A stretch of DNA of 64,000 nt from Bacteroidia bacterium (GTDB lineage: Bacteria > Bacteroidota > Bacteroidia > UKL13-3), in the NCBI GenBank assembly GCA_044351265.1, contig JBILGC010000003.1, positions 22,886-86,885 on the forward strand. The letters run 5' to 3'. Positions within the stretch are counted from its first letter, which is position 1. The number at the start of each line of letters is the position of its first letter. The translations under genes and the position numbers were made by a program. The notes beneath the pieces are model-generated. The model was not told the DNA's origin and did no database searches. It worked only from the letters and a program-made list of their open reading frames with translations. Shown here piece after piece: positions 38,086 through 47,288 of the stretch.

Positions 38086-39367
38086 TAAATTTACCTGCTA
38101 CCATACCGTTAGGAGTTTCTACATTATAGAAATAAATTCCTTTAGCCATAGAGTCGGTATTAATCTTTGTACGAAAACCACCATCAGCAGATTCCATATT
38201 TGTTTGATAAATGCTTTTCCCGGTTAAATCCACAACCGCAAGACGTGCTTGCTTAGCTTCTGTAAATACCTCTATGGTTAAATCGGTTTTAGCTGGGTTT
38301 GGATATGCGAGTGTACGTGCCACGTTACTGTTTACTTCAGATACCGAAGTAATATCTATTGACGATTTATTGAATACAATCACATTTGGATTTGCATCAA
38401 ATCTGTCAAATAAGATTCTGTATATCAAGTTACCTTTTTTAATGAAGAAGGCCATCGTATCAACAATAGGCCAAGAAGGAGTAGGTGGCCCCATAGGTGA
38501 AACTTTCCAGTCCCATCCAATTGTATTGATTATCGATGAATATGCTTTAACCATGCTGCGGTTTACGGTATCCCTTTTAACACCTAACACACGAGCTGCC
38601 ATCACATTTGCAGGATTAATCAACACACCTGTTACATTGTAAAATGTATCGGCTCCCAGGTAATTTACCTTCGCATGGTAGCGGGCAAATAATATATCCC
38701 AGTTGGCTATTGGTGGTTCACGATCAACCAAGGTCTTATTCAAGATATTATAGTATGCAAACATTTTGCCGGTGAAGGCTGCTTTATTAAAACTCACATA
38801 ATTGCTATCTGTATTATTTAAATTGGCAAATGTAAAGTTCCATGTTGTATCAAGAGTAAGCTGATTAATCATGAGTTTTTTATAAACGGTATTTGCGCCA
38901 TTTCTTATGGCAAAAAGATAAATGACTTTGCCATCAATGTGGTGCGTATTCATGCTGTAATCTCCCCAGCCAAAATCAAACCCATTGGTTCTTCCCTGAT
39001 TTAGCGCTCCAACATCCCATGATGTATCACTGTCTCTAACCACGGTCCAATTTCTCCAGTTGGTTGTATCAAAATTATTCCATGAAGCAGGTGCTTGTGT
39101 TGATTTGTATACGGTAACACCACGAGCCATATTTATGCGAACGGTAGCTGCCAATAATACATTCATTGGCGGCTGGGCATTTCTAACCGAGAATGCAATA
39201 TGCCAGTTGGTGTTTCTTGCTGTATCCTTGGCACCGGTGGTGATATTATAATACACATCCAACGGATAATTAGTTGAACCACCGCCCATGGAAACTGAAT
39301 CGGTGGTTTGGGCTTGTAATTGGCTAATGATAAAGGCGCCAATAAGAAGAAGTAATAGTTTTTTCAT
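38075..39367 (-). CDS. HmuY-like protein carrying a T9SS C-terminal sorting domain
   Basis: Signal peptide MKKLLLLLIGAFIISQLQAQ. NTNWHIAFSVRN resembles the HmuY WDLAF motif. The C-terminus TLAYPNPAKTDLTIEVF...GIYFYNVETPNGMVAGKFIVE is a T9SS CTD. Its stop overlaps the start of the TBDR gene. Confidence 0.5.
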   Translation of the reverse strand: MKKLLLLLIGAFIISQLQAQTTDSVSMGGGSTNYPLDVYYNITTGAKDTARNTNWHIAFSVRNAQPPMNVLLAATVRINMARGVTVYKSTQAPASWNNFDTTNWRNWTVVRDSDTSWDVGALNQGRTNGFDFGWGDYSMNTHHIDGKVIYLFAIRNGANTVYKKLMINQLTLDTTWNFTFANLNNTDSNYVSFNKAAFTGKMFAYYNILNKTLVDREPPIANWDILFARYHAKVNYLGADTFYNVTGVLINPANVMAARVLGVKRDTVNRSMVKAYSSIINTIGWDWKVSPMGPPTPSWPIVDTMAFFIKKGNLIYRILFDRFDANPNVIVFNKSSIDITSVSEVNSNVARTLAYPNPAKTDLTIEVFTEAKQARLAVVDLTGKSIYQTNMESADGGFRTKINTDSMAKGIYFYNVETPNGMVAGKFIVE

Positions 39368-39606
39368 TGAATGAATTAGGTGTAATGAGTAATGTTAATT
39401 TTGTGGGTGCAAATAAAATCAATTTCATCTGCTGGCATCCTTATTACACATCCATTTTACCCTTTTATGACATAACTGGCAGCACCATATTTTAAGGCTG
39501 ATTTTTATCATATTTTGCGGGTTAACGGACAAAACATATATTCGGCAACAGAAAGCCCGCTATTTCAGCCAAAGAGGGGCGTTTAACCTGATTTAAACAA
39601 AAACAT

Positions 39607-42051
39607 ATGAATACAATTTTGCAAAAAAAATGGTTTCCTCACCTGGCGGCCATCATCATTGCGCTTACTGCCATTATCATTTATTTCAATCCGCTCCTTT
39701 CCGGAAAAGCACTTAAACAACATGATGTGCAGCAATGGCAAGCAACCTATAATGAAATAAACCAATTTCAGAAAGCAACAGGAGAGCGAACCTTTTGGAC
39801 CAATGCTGTTTTTAGCGGCATGCCCACCTATCTCATCGGGCCTTCCTACAGAAAGAACTTTACATCTACGGTAAGTGCCTATATCAGCAAGGTTTTACCT
39901 AACCCGGTTGATACCATGTTTTTGCTGTTTATCTGCTTTTATATTTTATTGCTCACCTTCGAGGTTTCGCCCTGGCTGGCCATTGCAGGAAGCTTGGCAT
40001 TTATGTTTTCCTCGTTTAACCTTATAAATATAGATGCAGGACACGTTGGAAAAGGTAATGCCATTGCTTTTATGCCGCTTGTGCTGGCTGGCATCAACTA
40101 CACTTTACGAAAAGACAAATGGATAGGTGCACTGCTTACCGGCATTGCACTTTCCCTACAACTGGCTGCAGGCCACCTTCAGATTACTTATTACTTGATG
40201 ATGCTTATTGGCGTCTGGATGCTGGCAGAAATATTTATTGCTGCTAAAAACAAGCAGTTTGCTCAACTGCTGGTATGCGGAGCCTTTATGGCCGTTGCCG
40301 CTTGCATTGGTGTGGCTACAGGGGCCAATAATCTGATGCCTACAGAGGAATACGGCAAATACAGTATACGCGGCAAATCAGAACTCACCAAAACATCCTC
40401 CGGTGAAGGCAATGCCGCCATAGCTTCATCAGGCCTTGATAAAGACTACGCCCTGCAATGGAGTAATGGTGTTGCTGAGCCTTTTACCTTACTTATACCT
40501 AATTTTTATGGTGGATCAAGCTCAGCTGAGCTTAGCACCAGCTCAGAAACATATAAAATTTTAAAACAAAACGGGGTACCCAATGCCAAGCAAATTATTC
40601 AGGGCATGCCTGTTTATTGGGGCGACCAGCCTTTTACAGCAGGTCCCATTTACTATGGTGCCATTGTTTGTTTTCTTTTTGTGCTGGGGCTTTTTGTAAT
40701 TAAAGGTCCTGAGAAATGGTGGATTCTGGGCATCTCAACTCTCGCTATTCTCCTTTCTATGGGCAAAAATTTTATGTCGCTAACCGATTTATTCTTTTAC
40801 AACTTTCCGCTATATAATAAATTTCGCTCTGTAACTTTTATTCTATGTATCACCCAAACAACATTCCCGCTGCTGGCCCTGCTGGCCGTGCGTGATATAC
40901 TTTCAGGAAAAATAAAGGCAACAGATTTAAAGAAACCCTTATTGTATAGTTTCTATATTGTAGGAGGCCTATGCGCAGTTTTTGCATTTGTACCTAATAT
41001 TTTTCTTAGTTTCATCTCGCCTGTTGATGATCGCCTACCAGAATGGCTCAGACAGTCGATTGTAGATGACCGTGAATCATTATTAAAATCAGATGCACTG
41101 CGCTCTTTATTGTTTATTACGGCATCATTTGCTCTAATCTGGTTTTATTTAAAAGGCAAATTTTCAGAAACTATTTTTATCGTTACTCTTACTGCACTTG
41201 TTGTAATTGATTTGTGGGGAGTTGATAAACGTTATCTGAATGATTCAGATTTTGAAACCAAAAAGAAAAACCTGGAAGCTTCCTTTCCCAAATCGCAAGC
41301 CGATGAAATGATTTTGCAGGATAAAGACATCCACTACCGTGTTTACAATACAACACAACGTTTGGATCAGGATGCCCTTACCTCTTACTGGCATAAATCC
41401 ATTGGCGGATATCATGGTGCTAAAATGCGCAGATATCAGGAGTTAATTGAATTTCATTTGTCGCGTGGCAATATGCAAACCTTCAATATGCTTAATGTTA
41501 AATACTTTATTGTGGGCGACAGTGCCAATAATATGTTTGGTCAGCAAAACCCTGACGCCAATGGAAATGCATGGTTTGTAAATAAAATTCTTACTGTTGC
41601 CAACGCTGATGCAGAAATAGATTCACTAACCAATCTCAATACCAAAACTACGGCAGTTGTTGATACACGCTTTGCCGATATGCTTAAAGGTTTTACGCCA
41701 ACGGCAGACTCTGCAGCATCGATTAAACTATTAAGTTATGCTCCTAATAAACTGGTTTATGAATCGAACAGCAGTGCGGATAACTTGGCTGTATTTTCTG
41801 AGATTTATTATGATAAAGGATGGAAAGCAAGCATTGACGGACAATCGACAGATTATTTGCGTTGCAATTATGTATTAAGGGGTATGAAGATTCCTGCAGG
41901 TAAGCACCGTATAGAATTTGTTTTTGAACCGGAGGTAGTTACTACCGGAGAGCGCATTTCATTATTTGCCTCTATTGCTTTGTATGGCGGAATTGTGGTG
42001 GCCGGTGGCCTATCCTTTTTCAGTAGAAGAAAAACAGAACCAAAGAGCTGA
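39607..42051 (+). CDS. YfhO-family polytopic membrane protein (GT-C-like glycosyltransferase/flippase family)
   Basis: 814 aa. About 13 N-terminal TM helices, a soluble domain of about 330 aa and a final C-terminal TM helix. The N-terminal pattern ...PLLSGKALKQHDVQQWQATYNEINQF...FWTNAVFSGMP fits YfhO-family proteins. Confidence 0.65.
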   Translation: MNTILQKKWFPHLAAIIIALTAIIIYFNPLLSGKALKQHDVQQWQATYNEINQFQKATGERTFWTNAVFSGMPTYLIGPSYRKNFTSTVSAYISKVLPNPVDTMFLLFICFYILLLTFEVSPWLAIAGSLAFMFSSFNLINIDAGHVGKGNAIAFMPLVLAGINYTLRKDKWIGALLTGIALSLQLAAGHLQITYYLMMLIGVWMLAEIFIAAKNKQFAQLLVCGAFMAVAACIGVATGANNLMPTEEYGKYSIRGKSELTKTSSGEGNAAIASSGLDKDYALQWSNGVAEPFTLLIPNFYGGSSSAELSTSSETYKILKQNGVPNAKQIIQGMPVYWGDQPFTAGPIYYGAIVCFLFVLGLFVIKGPEKWWILGISTLAILLSMGKNFMSLTDLFFYNFPLYNKFRSVTFILCITQTTFPLLALLAVRDILSGKIKATDLKKPLLYSFYIVGGLCAVFAFVPNIFLSFISPVDDRLPEWLRQSIVDDRESLLKSDALRSLLFITASFALIWFYLKGKFSETIFIVTLTALVVIDLWGVDKRYLNDSDFETKKKNLEASFPKSQADEMILQDKDIHYRVYNTTQRLDQDALTSYWHKSIGGYHGAKMRRYQELIEFHLSRGNMQTFNMLNVKYFIVGDSANNMFGQQNPDANGNAWFVNKILTVANADAEIDSLTNLNTKTTAVVDTRFADMLKGFTPTADSAASIKLLSYAPNKLVYESNSSADNLAVFSEIYYDKGWKASIDGQSTDYLRCNYVLRGMKIPAGKHRIEFVFEPEVVTTGERISLFASIALYGGIVVAGGLSFFSRRKTEPKS

Positions 42052-42057
42052 TAAATT

Positions 42058-43668
42058 ATGCTGGAAGTATTGATGCTCATGCTCTATGCCACTTTCCTGG
42101 GCTATGCTGCAGGGGTATCCACCATACTTTCTATTATGAAATTAACTGGCGAGCATGAGCCCTGGCATCTGCGCTCACCTCTTGTGGTTATTATAGGATT
42201 TGCCGTTATCTCATGTATTATTTCCATTCTACATTTTTTGATTCCGCTGGATTGGCACTCTCATGTTATAATCTGGATCTTCATAAGCGCTGCCCTTAAC
42301 GCTTGCAGCAAACAGTTAGTAAGCGTATTCCCTGATTTGATTTACCGCATACGAAAAAGCATATGGTTTAATTTAATCCTGCTGCTTATTGCCATAGTAA
42401 GTGTTTGCATAAAACCCGGTAGTGGTGATATTGCCGATTATCATCTGCAAGCAATCAAGTGGGCTGAGTATTATAAATTACTTCTGGGTATTGGTAATTT
42501 TAACCGACCCTTGGTTAATAACAACTGGTGGTTTAATCTACAAGCATTTTTCGGATGCCACAATGCTGGTTTTCATTCGGTGTATGTATTAAATGGAATT
42601 TGGTACATCCTCCTCATGATTTATTTTACACGCAATCTGAGTGAGGCTAGGCAACGCTTGTTTCGTGTTCCAATCATTTTGTTTTTACTGCTTATGGTTA
42701 AAACTGCCTTTATCGGCAGCGTAACTCCGGATATTGTCATTACAGGGATTATTTTCCTGTGTTTTGATCTGTATTTGGAAAGTAAGCAAAACAACGCATC
42801 TAAAGGCTTTTACAGCATCATTATTTCCTTACTCATATTCTGGGGAATTACCATTAAAGCCACCGCCTTGCTGCTGCTATTTTTAAGTTTATTGTTGTTG
42901 TGGTTTCTTCGTGGCAACAAACAATTTCGGATTTATTTTTTAATGATAATTGCGCTCGGGTGCATTTGGCTCTTTCCCTGGCTAGCTGGCAATGTGGTAC
43001 GTGGCGGTTATTTGTTGTATCCATTTAATCAAATTGATTGGTTCCAGGTTGACTGGAAAGTTCCTGCCTCCTATTTTGAATACGATAAAATTGTTTTAAA
43101 AGGATGGGGGCGCATACCACATTCAGATATATATGCAACGGCAACCCTAACCTATAATCAATGGGTACCCGCTTGGTTTATCAACCTTGATATGTTTAAT
43201 AAAGGACTGGTACTGGCATTTATTGCATCGGTAATAAGCTTGCTGATTACTTCCTTCAAACAAAAATCATTTCCCATGCAAGCATTGGCTGCTCTGGTAG
43301 GTTGGTTCATGTTGTTTAACAGCGGCCCTCACATGCGTTTTATGTACGGATATATGGTGGTGATAATGGGCATAGCCTTATCACAATACAATTTGCCTTC
43401 ATTTGCTTGGGCACGAAAAGCTTATATGGGTATCTTATGTTTGCTACTGATTTGGTTAAGCGTAACCCACTCGGATAAATTATCCTTTTTTCATACACAG
43501 CCTTATCCGCAAAATAATCTAACTCAAAGCAGCATCAGTGGTTTTCCTGTTTATGTGGTTCAATCAAACAACCTATGCTGGGATCAATTTCCATGCACCT
43601 ATTATATCGCAGATAAAATTATGCTGCGCACACCTGATATCAATGATGGGTTTAAGGTTAAAGAGTAA
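42058..43668 (+). CDS. Polytopic membrane protein, putative GT-C-fold glycosyltransferase/polymerase-like (uncharacterised)
   Basis: 536 aa with at least 12 TM helices. An Asp-containing first-loop motif PGSGDIADYHLQAIKW and a large periplasmic-loop-like region near the C-terminus. 6 bp after yfhO. Confidence 0.35.
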   Translation: MLEVLMLMLYATFLGYAAGVSTILSIMKLTGEHEPWHLRSPLVVIIGFAVISCIISILHFLIPLDWHSHVIIWIFISAALNACSKQLVSVFPDLIYRIRKSIWFNLILLLIAIVSVCIKPGSGDIADYHLQAIKWAEYYKLLLGIGNFNRPLVNNNWWFNLQAFFGCHNAGFHSVYVLNGIWYILLMIYFTRNLSEARQRLFRVPIILFLLLMVKTAFIGSVTPDIVITGIIFLCFDLYLESKQNNASKGFYSIIISLLIFWGITIKATALLLLFLSLLLLWFLRGNKQFRIYFLMIIALGCIWLFPWLAGNVVRGGYLLYPFNQIDWFQVDWKVPASYFEYDKIVLKGWGRIPHSDIYATATLTYNQWVPAWFINLDMFNKGLVLAFIASVISLLITSFKQKSFPMQALAALVGWFMLFNSGPHMRFMYGYMVVIMGIALSQYNLPSFAWARKAYMGILCLLLIWLSVTHSDKLSFFHTQPYPQNNLTQSSISGFPVYVVQSNNLCWDQFPCTYYIADKIMLRTPDINDGFKVKE

Positions 43669-43697
43669 TGTATAAAAGCGCTCTCTGCTCTTTACAG

Positions 43698-44342
43698 TTA
43701 TTTTTCACCTATTAATAAAAACTGCTTACCCATAAAAGGCCATACGATTGGCATATTTAAATAAGTGCGCACCAAGAATGCATTTACCGGCAACTTGCTT
43801 TTAAATGATAAAGGCAAAAACTTTGGATGCACCTCAATAGGATTAAACCCCGCACCATATAAATGCTCTGCTACGCCACCTTCGGAAAGCAGTACCGTAT
43901 GATCTGCAAAATCAAAATAATACTTATAAGTATATTTAAAGTTAGGCCCCATAATGGCGATACGGCCCCCGGGTTTGATGGCCTTATACATGCGCTCCAG
44001 AAAAAATGCAACCTGCTCTTGGCTGTGCAAGTGCTCTAAAAAATTGGAGATAAAAACCCCATCAAAATAATTTTCAGGCAAATTTACTTCTAAGTTATTT
44101 CCGGTAATAACTTTAATACCTTGATACGCCATCTTAGGTGTAATTTCACTCATATCAACTGCCCAGCGTTCCTCAGAAGGAATCTGATTGATGAACTCAC
44201 AATCACCTGCAGCAGGATCGAGCATGCGCTCTGGCTTACCCAATTTGTGGTAAATAAACGTGGCAATCTCCTTCCAAGTCATGAGTTTTTTCTCACGGTC
44301 AACATCCTTAAAGCGGTATTCGTATATGCGGTCGTAGTTCAT
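43698..44342 (-). CDS. Class I SAM-dependent methyltransferase (MT type 11-like)
   Basis: Motif I MLDPAAGDCEFI, post-I acidic VDMSE, motif III YFDGVFISNFLEHL. 214 aa. Confidence 0.7.
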   Translation of the reverse strand: MNYDRIYEYRFKDVDREKKLMTWKEIATFIYHKLGKPERMLDPAAGDCEFINQIPSEERWAVDMSEITPKMAYQGIKVITGNNLEVNLPENYFDGVFISNFLEHLHSQEQVAFFLERMYKAIKPGGRIAIMGPNFKYTYKYYFDFADHTVLLSEGGVAEHLYGAGFNPIEVHPKFLPLSFKSKLPVNAFLVRTYLNMPIVWPFMGKQFLLIGEK

Positions 44343-44354
44343 AGAAATTAAATT

Positions 44355-45083
44355 TTATCGTTGCCTGTTCTTTGGCAAATCATAATGGTCTGAAAATATT
44401 TCAAGATAAACTTTGCGCATGTCTTTTATGGTGCGCATGATGTTTTTAAAGCTGGTTGAAGCACCCTGACCAAATTTGCGCGGAAAAGTTTGAATGCCAA
44501 CCTCACCCACTCTATAACCCTTTAGCATGGTTTTAATGGTGAGTTCAGCACCTATAAACGGGCTATCGGTAATTAAACTGATATCGGCTAAAATATCTTT
44601 TCTCACCATGCGTAATCCGGTACTGATATCACGGAAATTTGTTCTGAATATCCAACGCAACACTCGGTTGTAGATATATGAAATGAAAATGCGTTTGTTA
44701 GAATATATTTTTTTGTATCGGAAGCTAATAATCAAATCGTAGTAATCCTTTAACTTAATGAGCTTTTTAAATTCCTCCATATCATACTCATCATCTCCAT
44801 CTGTAAAACAGATATAATCATATTGGGCAGCACCCAAACCTGATTTCACTGCAGCACCATAACCGAGATTTTTGGGATGATGCATGACCCTTACGTTCGA
44901 ATAAAGATTAGCTAATTCATCGGCAATTTTTCCTGAATTATCAGGGCTGCAATCATTGATGATAATAACCTCAAACATGCCTGCACACTCCTTTCCAAAA
45001 GCAAGTGCCTTTTCCGTAACAGTTTTCACTGTTCGCTCGTCATTATAAACCGGAAAGAATATGCTAATATTAGGCTTGTTCAT
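44355..45083 (-). CDS. Family 2 glycosyltransferase, soluble polyprenyl-phosphate glycosyl synthase type (Dpm1/GtrB catalytic domain without TM tail)
   Basis: ISIFFPVYNDERTVKTV...VIIINDCSPDNSGKIA...YICFTDGDDEYD (DxD). 242 aa with no hydrophobic helices. Confidence 0.8.
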   Translation of the reverse strand: MNKPNISIFFPVYNDERTVKTVTEKALAFGKECAGMFEVIIINDCSPDNSGKIADELANLYSNVRVMHHPKNLGYGAAVKSGLGAAQYDYICFTDGDDEYDMEEFKKLIKLKDYYDLIISFRYKKIYSNKRIFISYIYNRVLRWIFRTNFRDISTGLRMVRKDILADISLITDSPFIGAELTIKTMLKGYRVGEVGIQTFPRKFGQGASTSFKNIMRTIKDMRKVYLEIFSDHYDLPKNRQR

Positions 45084-45099
45084 AGCGGGCGAAAAGTAA

Positions 45100-45843
45100 T
45101 TAAAATTTCAGTTTTTTAAATATAAACCACGGCAAATATTGCAACACCCATGATAATGGCAACCAAAAAACCGGTACATATGCCAATCCTGTATCTTTAT
45201 TTCTGTTCTTAATCAGGACTTGCGCAACGCGCTCAGGCTTTGCAACAGGAAACAATAATTTCTTACCTCTGCTTAAAGCTGTTTCCATGTAACCTGCCCT
45301 ATATACCTGAATACGCATAGGGCCAGTTGCAAAATGATGCCGTAAACCTAAAGCCATATATTCCAATGCGATTTTTGAAGCACTGTAGGCAATATTGGCT
45401 CCGCGTGGCCTAATTGCTGCAATAGAAGATATGACAGTGATATTGGATGCCTTATTTTGAAGATGCATACAGCAGGCACGCATAATGTAACTAATGCCTA
45501 AACAGTTTACCTGCATAAGCTTTGGCAGATAATCAACCGAATCGGAGCCTTTATCCCGATCATCAATAATACCTGCAGTAATATAAACTTGCGTGCAATT
45601 GGGCATCAAATCAAAACATTGTTGCATAAAAATTGCTGCCGAATCTGCATCGAGTGCAGCCAGATCAATCGGTTTCACCGCAGCATTTATCTGATATCTA
45701 ACTTGCAAATGAACAGACAAAGCCTTCAAGTCTTCTTCGCTGCGTGAACTGATGATTACATCATGACCTGCTTTGGCCAATTGCTCTGCAACGGCTCTTC
45801 CTAAGCCTGAACTTGCTCCAATAATGAGTGCTGCTTGTTTCAT
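45100..45843 (-). CDS. Short-chain dehydrogenase/reductase, DprE2-like (decaprenylphospho-2'-keto-sugar reductase homologue)
   Basis: TGxxxGxG ALIIGASSGLGRAVA, a YxxxK catalytic dyad (YSASK) and the C-terminal hydrophobic tail VPVFWLPLSWVLQYLPWFIFKKLKF. The tail resembles my recollection of the M. tuberculosis DprE2 C-terminus (...[22 protein letters not shown]). The start codon overlaps the stop of the upstream DprE1-like gene. Confidence 0.65.
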   Translation of the reverse strand: MKQAALIIGASSGLGRAVAEQLAKAGHDVIISSRSEEDLKALSVHLQVRYQINAAVKPIDLAALDADSAAIFMQQCFDLMPNCTQVYITAGIIDDRDKGSDSVDYLPKLMQVNCLGISYIMRACCMHLQNKASNITVISSIAAIRPRGANIAYSASKIALEYMALGLRHHFATGPMRIQVYRAGYMETALSRGKKLLFPVAKPERVAQVLIKNRNKDTGLAYVPVFWLPLSWVLQYLPWFIFKKLKF

Positions 45844-47159
45844 TATAATTCTAATCTTGTTCTTAATTCACTACCAAATCGCTTTTGCACATCGTGCTTA
45901 TTAAGTGCTTGCTTAAATTGCTCATATTGCGGAAAACATTGTTTTACCAGTTGCGCACCTGCTCTGCTGTCTTTACTTAAATTAATAATGCCACCATATT
46001 TTAAAGTAATTTTATCCAATGCCTCAAAAAAAGAAATCGATTTTTTGTTATTAGGCACATCAATGGTAACACAGAGTCCGCTTCCTGAAAAACTGATATT
46101 ATGAGGCTCCCCTTTAAATATTTTTAATGAGCCTAATGCAATTGGCATATTCATTTGAGCTATGATTTTCTGAATTTCAGCAACAGCTGCCGACCATTTA
46201 TCTAAATCAAATATCACTTGGTATTCTCTGAATCCTTTTTTACCAAAAAAATAGTAGTACACCTCTTTGCTATAAATAGGGAATGAAGCCTGCACCAAAT
46301 CAATCACACGATGTCGAGGTTTCACCGCATCCATTAACTCATAAACCCTGTTCATGGCTTTAATGGTAAAGTTATTATACAATACAGGTATATTTTTAAA
46401 CCGATTGAGCTTATTGATATAAGGTTTAGGATTCAATATCTTTTTTTCTGATAAATGATTTTCAAGGTACACAATGCCTTTTCCAAAATGCTTACCCCTT
46501 AGGTTAAAATTATTCCAAGCATAAATATAATCATACTCTTCGGCCTTCTCGGTCATCAGCGCAACGGCTATATTCATATTCGGAACTTTAACGGCCTCAA
46601 CTAACATAAGGTTGCCGCTTATTTTCTTTAATACAATGCTTGCCGAAACAATAATACCCGTTAAGCCCATGCCACCAACAGTTAAATTAAACAAGGCTGA
46701 CCCCGGTAAGCATGTTTGCAAGCCATAATCCGGATGAAACAGCGTAATTGAATGTACCCAATTAATGAACGTGCCAACCTTATATTGAGATTTGCCATGC
46801 ACATTAAAACCAATGCAGCCCCCAACGGTAATGGCAGGATAACCCGGCAAAACAGGAAGTACCCAGTTTTTAGAAATCAGAAAATTGTTAAGCTCCCCTG
46901 TTGCTATTCCTGCCTCAACGGTAATTATACCTTTCTCCTCATCAAATGCCAATATGCGATTAAACTGCCTCATATCCACAGATAAGCAATAATTACCTGA
47001 AGCCGCTGCGCTGTAAGATAAGCCTGCACCACGAGGAATAATTGGCCTGAGCAATGGCAGGTTCAATAAATCATGGTAACGCTCTGGTTGAAAGAGGTCA
47101 CTGCTGGTAGCAATTGTTTTATCAAAACTTTGAATGGGTTGAGACATTTTATCCATCAA
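45843..47159 (-). CDS. FAD-binding oxidase, DprE1-like (decaprenylphosphoryl-beta-D-ribose 2'-oxidase family)
   Basis: PCMH-type FAD domain IIPRGAGLSYSAAASGN, VLPVLPGYPAITVGGCIGFNVHGK, TVGGMGLTGIIVSASIVLKKI and a C-terminal ...FGSELRTRLEL. These align motif-for-motif with what I recall of M. tuberculosis DprE1 ([57 protein letters not shown]; ...ASDMARRLELL). 438 aa. Confidence 0.75.
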   Translation of the reverse strand: MMDKMSQPIQSFDKTIATSSDLFQPERYHDLLNLPLLRPIIPRGAGLSYSAAASGNYCLSVDMRQFNRILAFDEEKGIITVEAGIATGELNNFLISKNWVLPVLPGYPAITVGGCIGFNVHGKSQYKVGTFINWVHSITLFHPDYGLQTCLPGSALFNLTVGGMGLTGIIVSASIVLKKISGNLMLVEAVKVPNMNIAVALMTEKAEEYDYIYAWNNFNLRGKHFGKGIVYLENHLSEKKILNPKPYINKLNRFKNIPVLYNNFTIKAMNRVYELMDAVKPRHRVIDLVQASFPIYSKEVYYYFFGKKGFREYQVIFDLDKWSAAVAEIQKIIAQMNMPIALGSLKIFKGEPHNISFSGSGLCVTIDVPNNKKSISFFEALDKITLKYGGIINLSKDSRAGAQLVKQCFPQYEQFKQALNKHDVQKRFGSELRTRLEL

Positions 47160-47288
47160 TATTAAGGCATTTGCACGTAGTTATAAAATCAAGCATCAGA
47201 CCTGCATTGTACTATAATTAAATACGCAGATTATTTGGTGGCCTAAATGCAAAATAATTCTATTTTTACACCCGCTTAAGCATAATCA

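Noticed and set aside
45843-47159. Alternative reading of the DprE1-like protein as a generic FAD-linked oxidase (GlcD / alditol oxidase / cytokinin dehydrogenase)
   Set aside because: Conservation extends beyond the generic FAD_binding_4 Gly-rich loops into blocks (VLPVLPG..TVGG.IG..VHGK, TVGG.GLTGII) and the C-terminal tail. From memory these are specific to the DprE1 clade. The co-located SDR also has a DprE2-like C-terminus. Still, this needs a real alignment to confirm.
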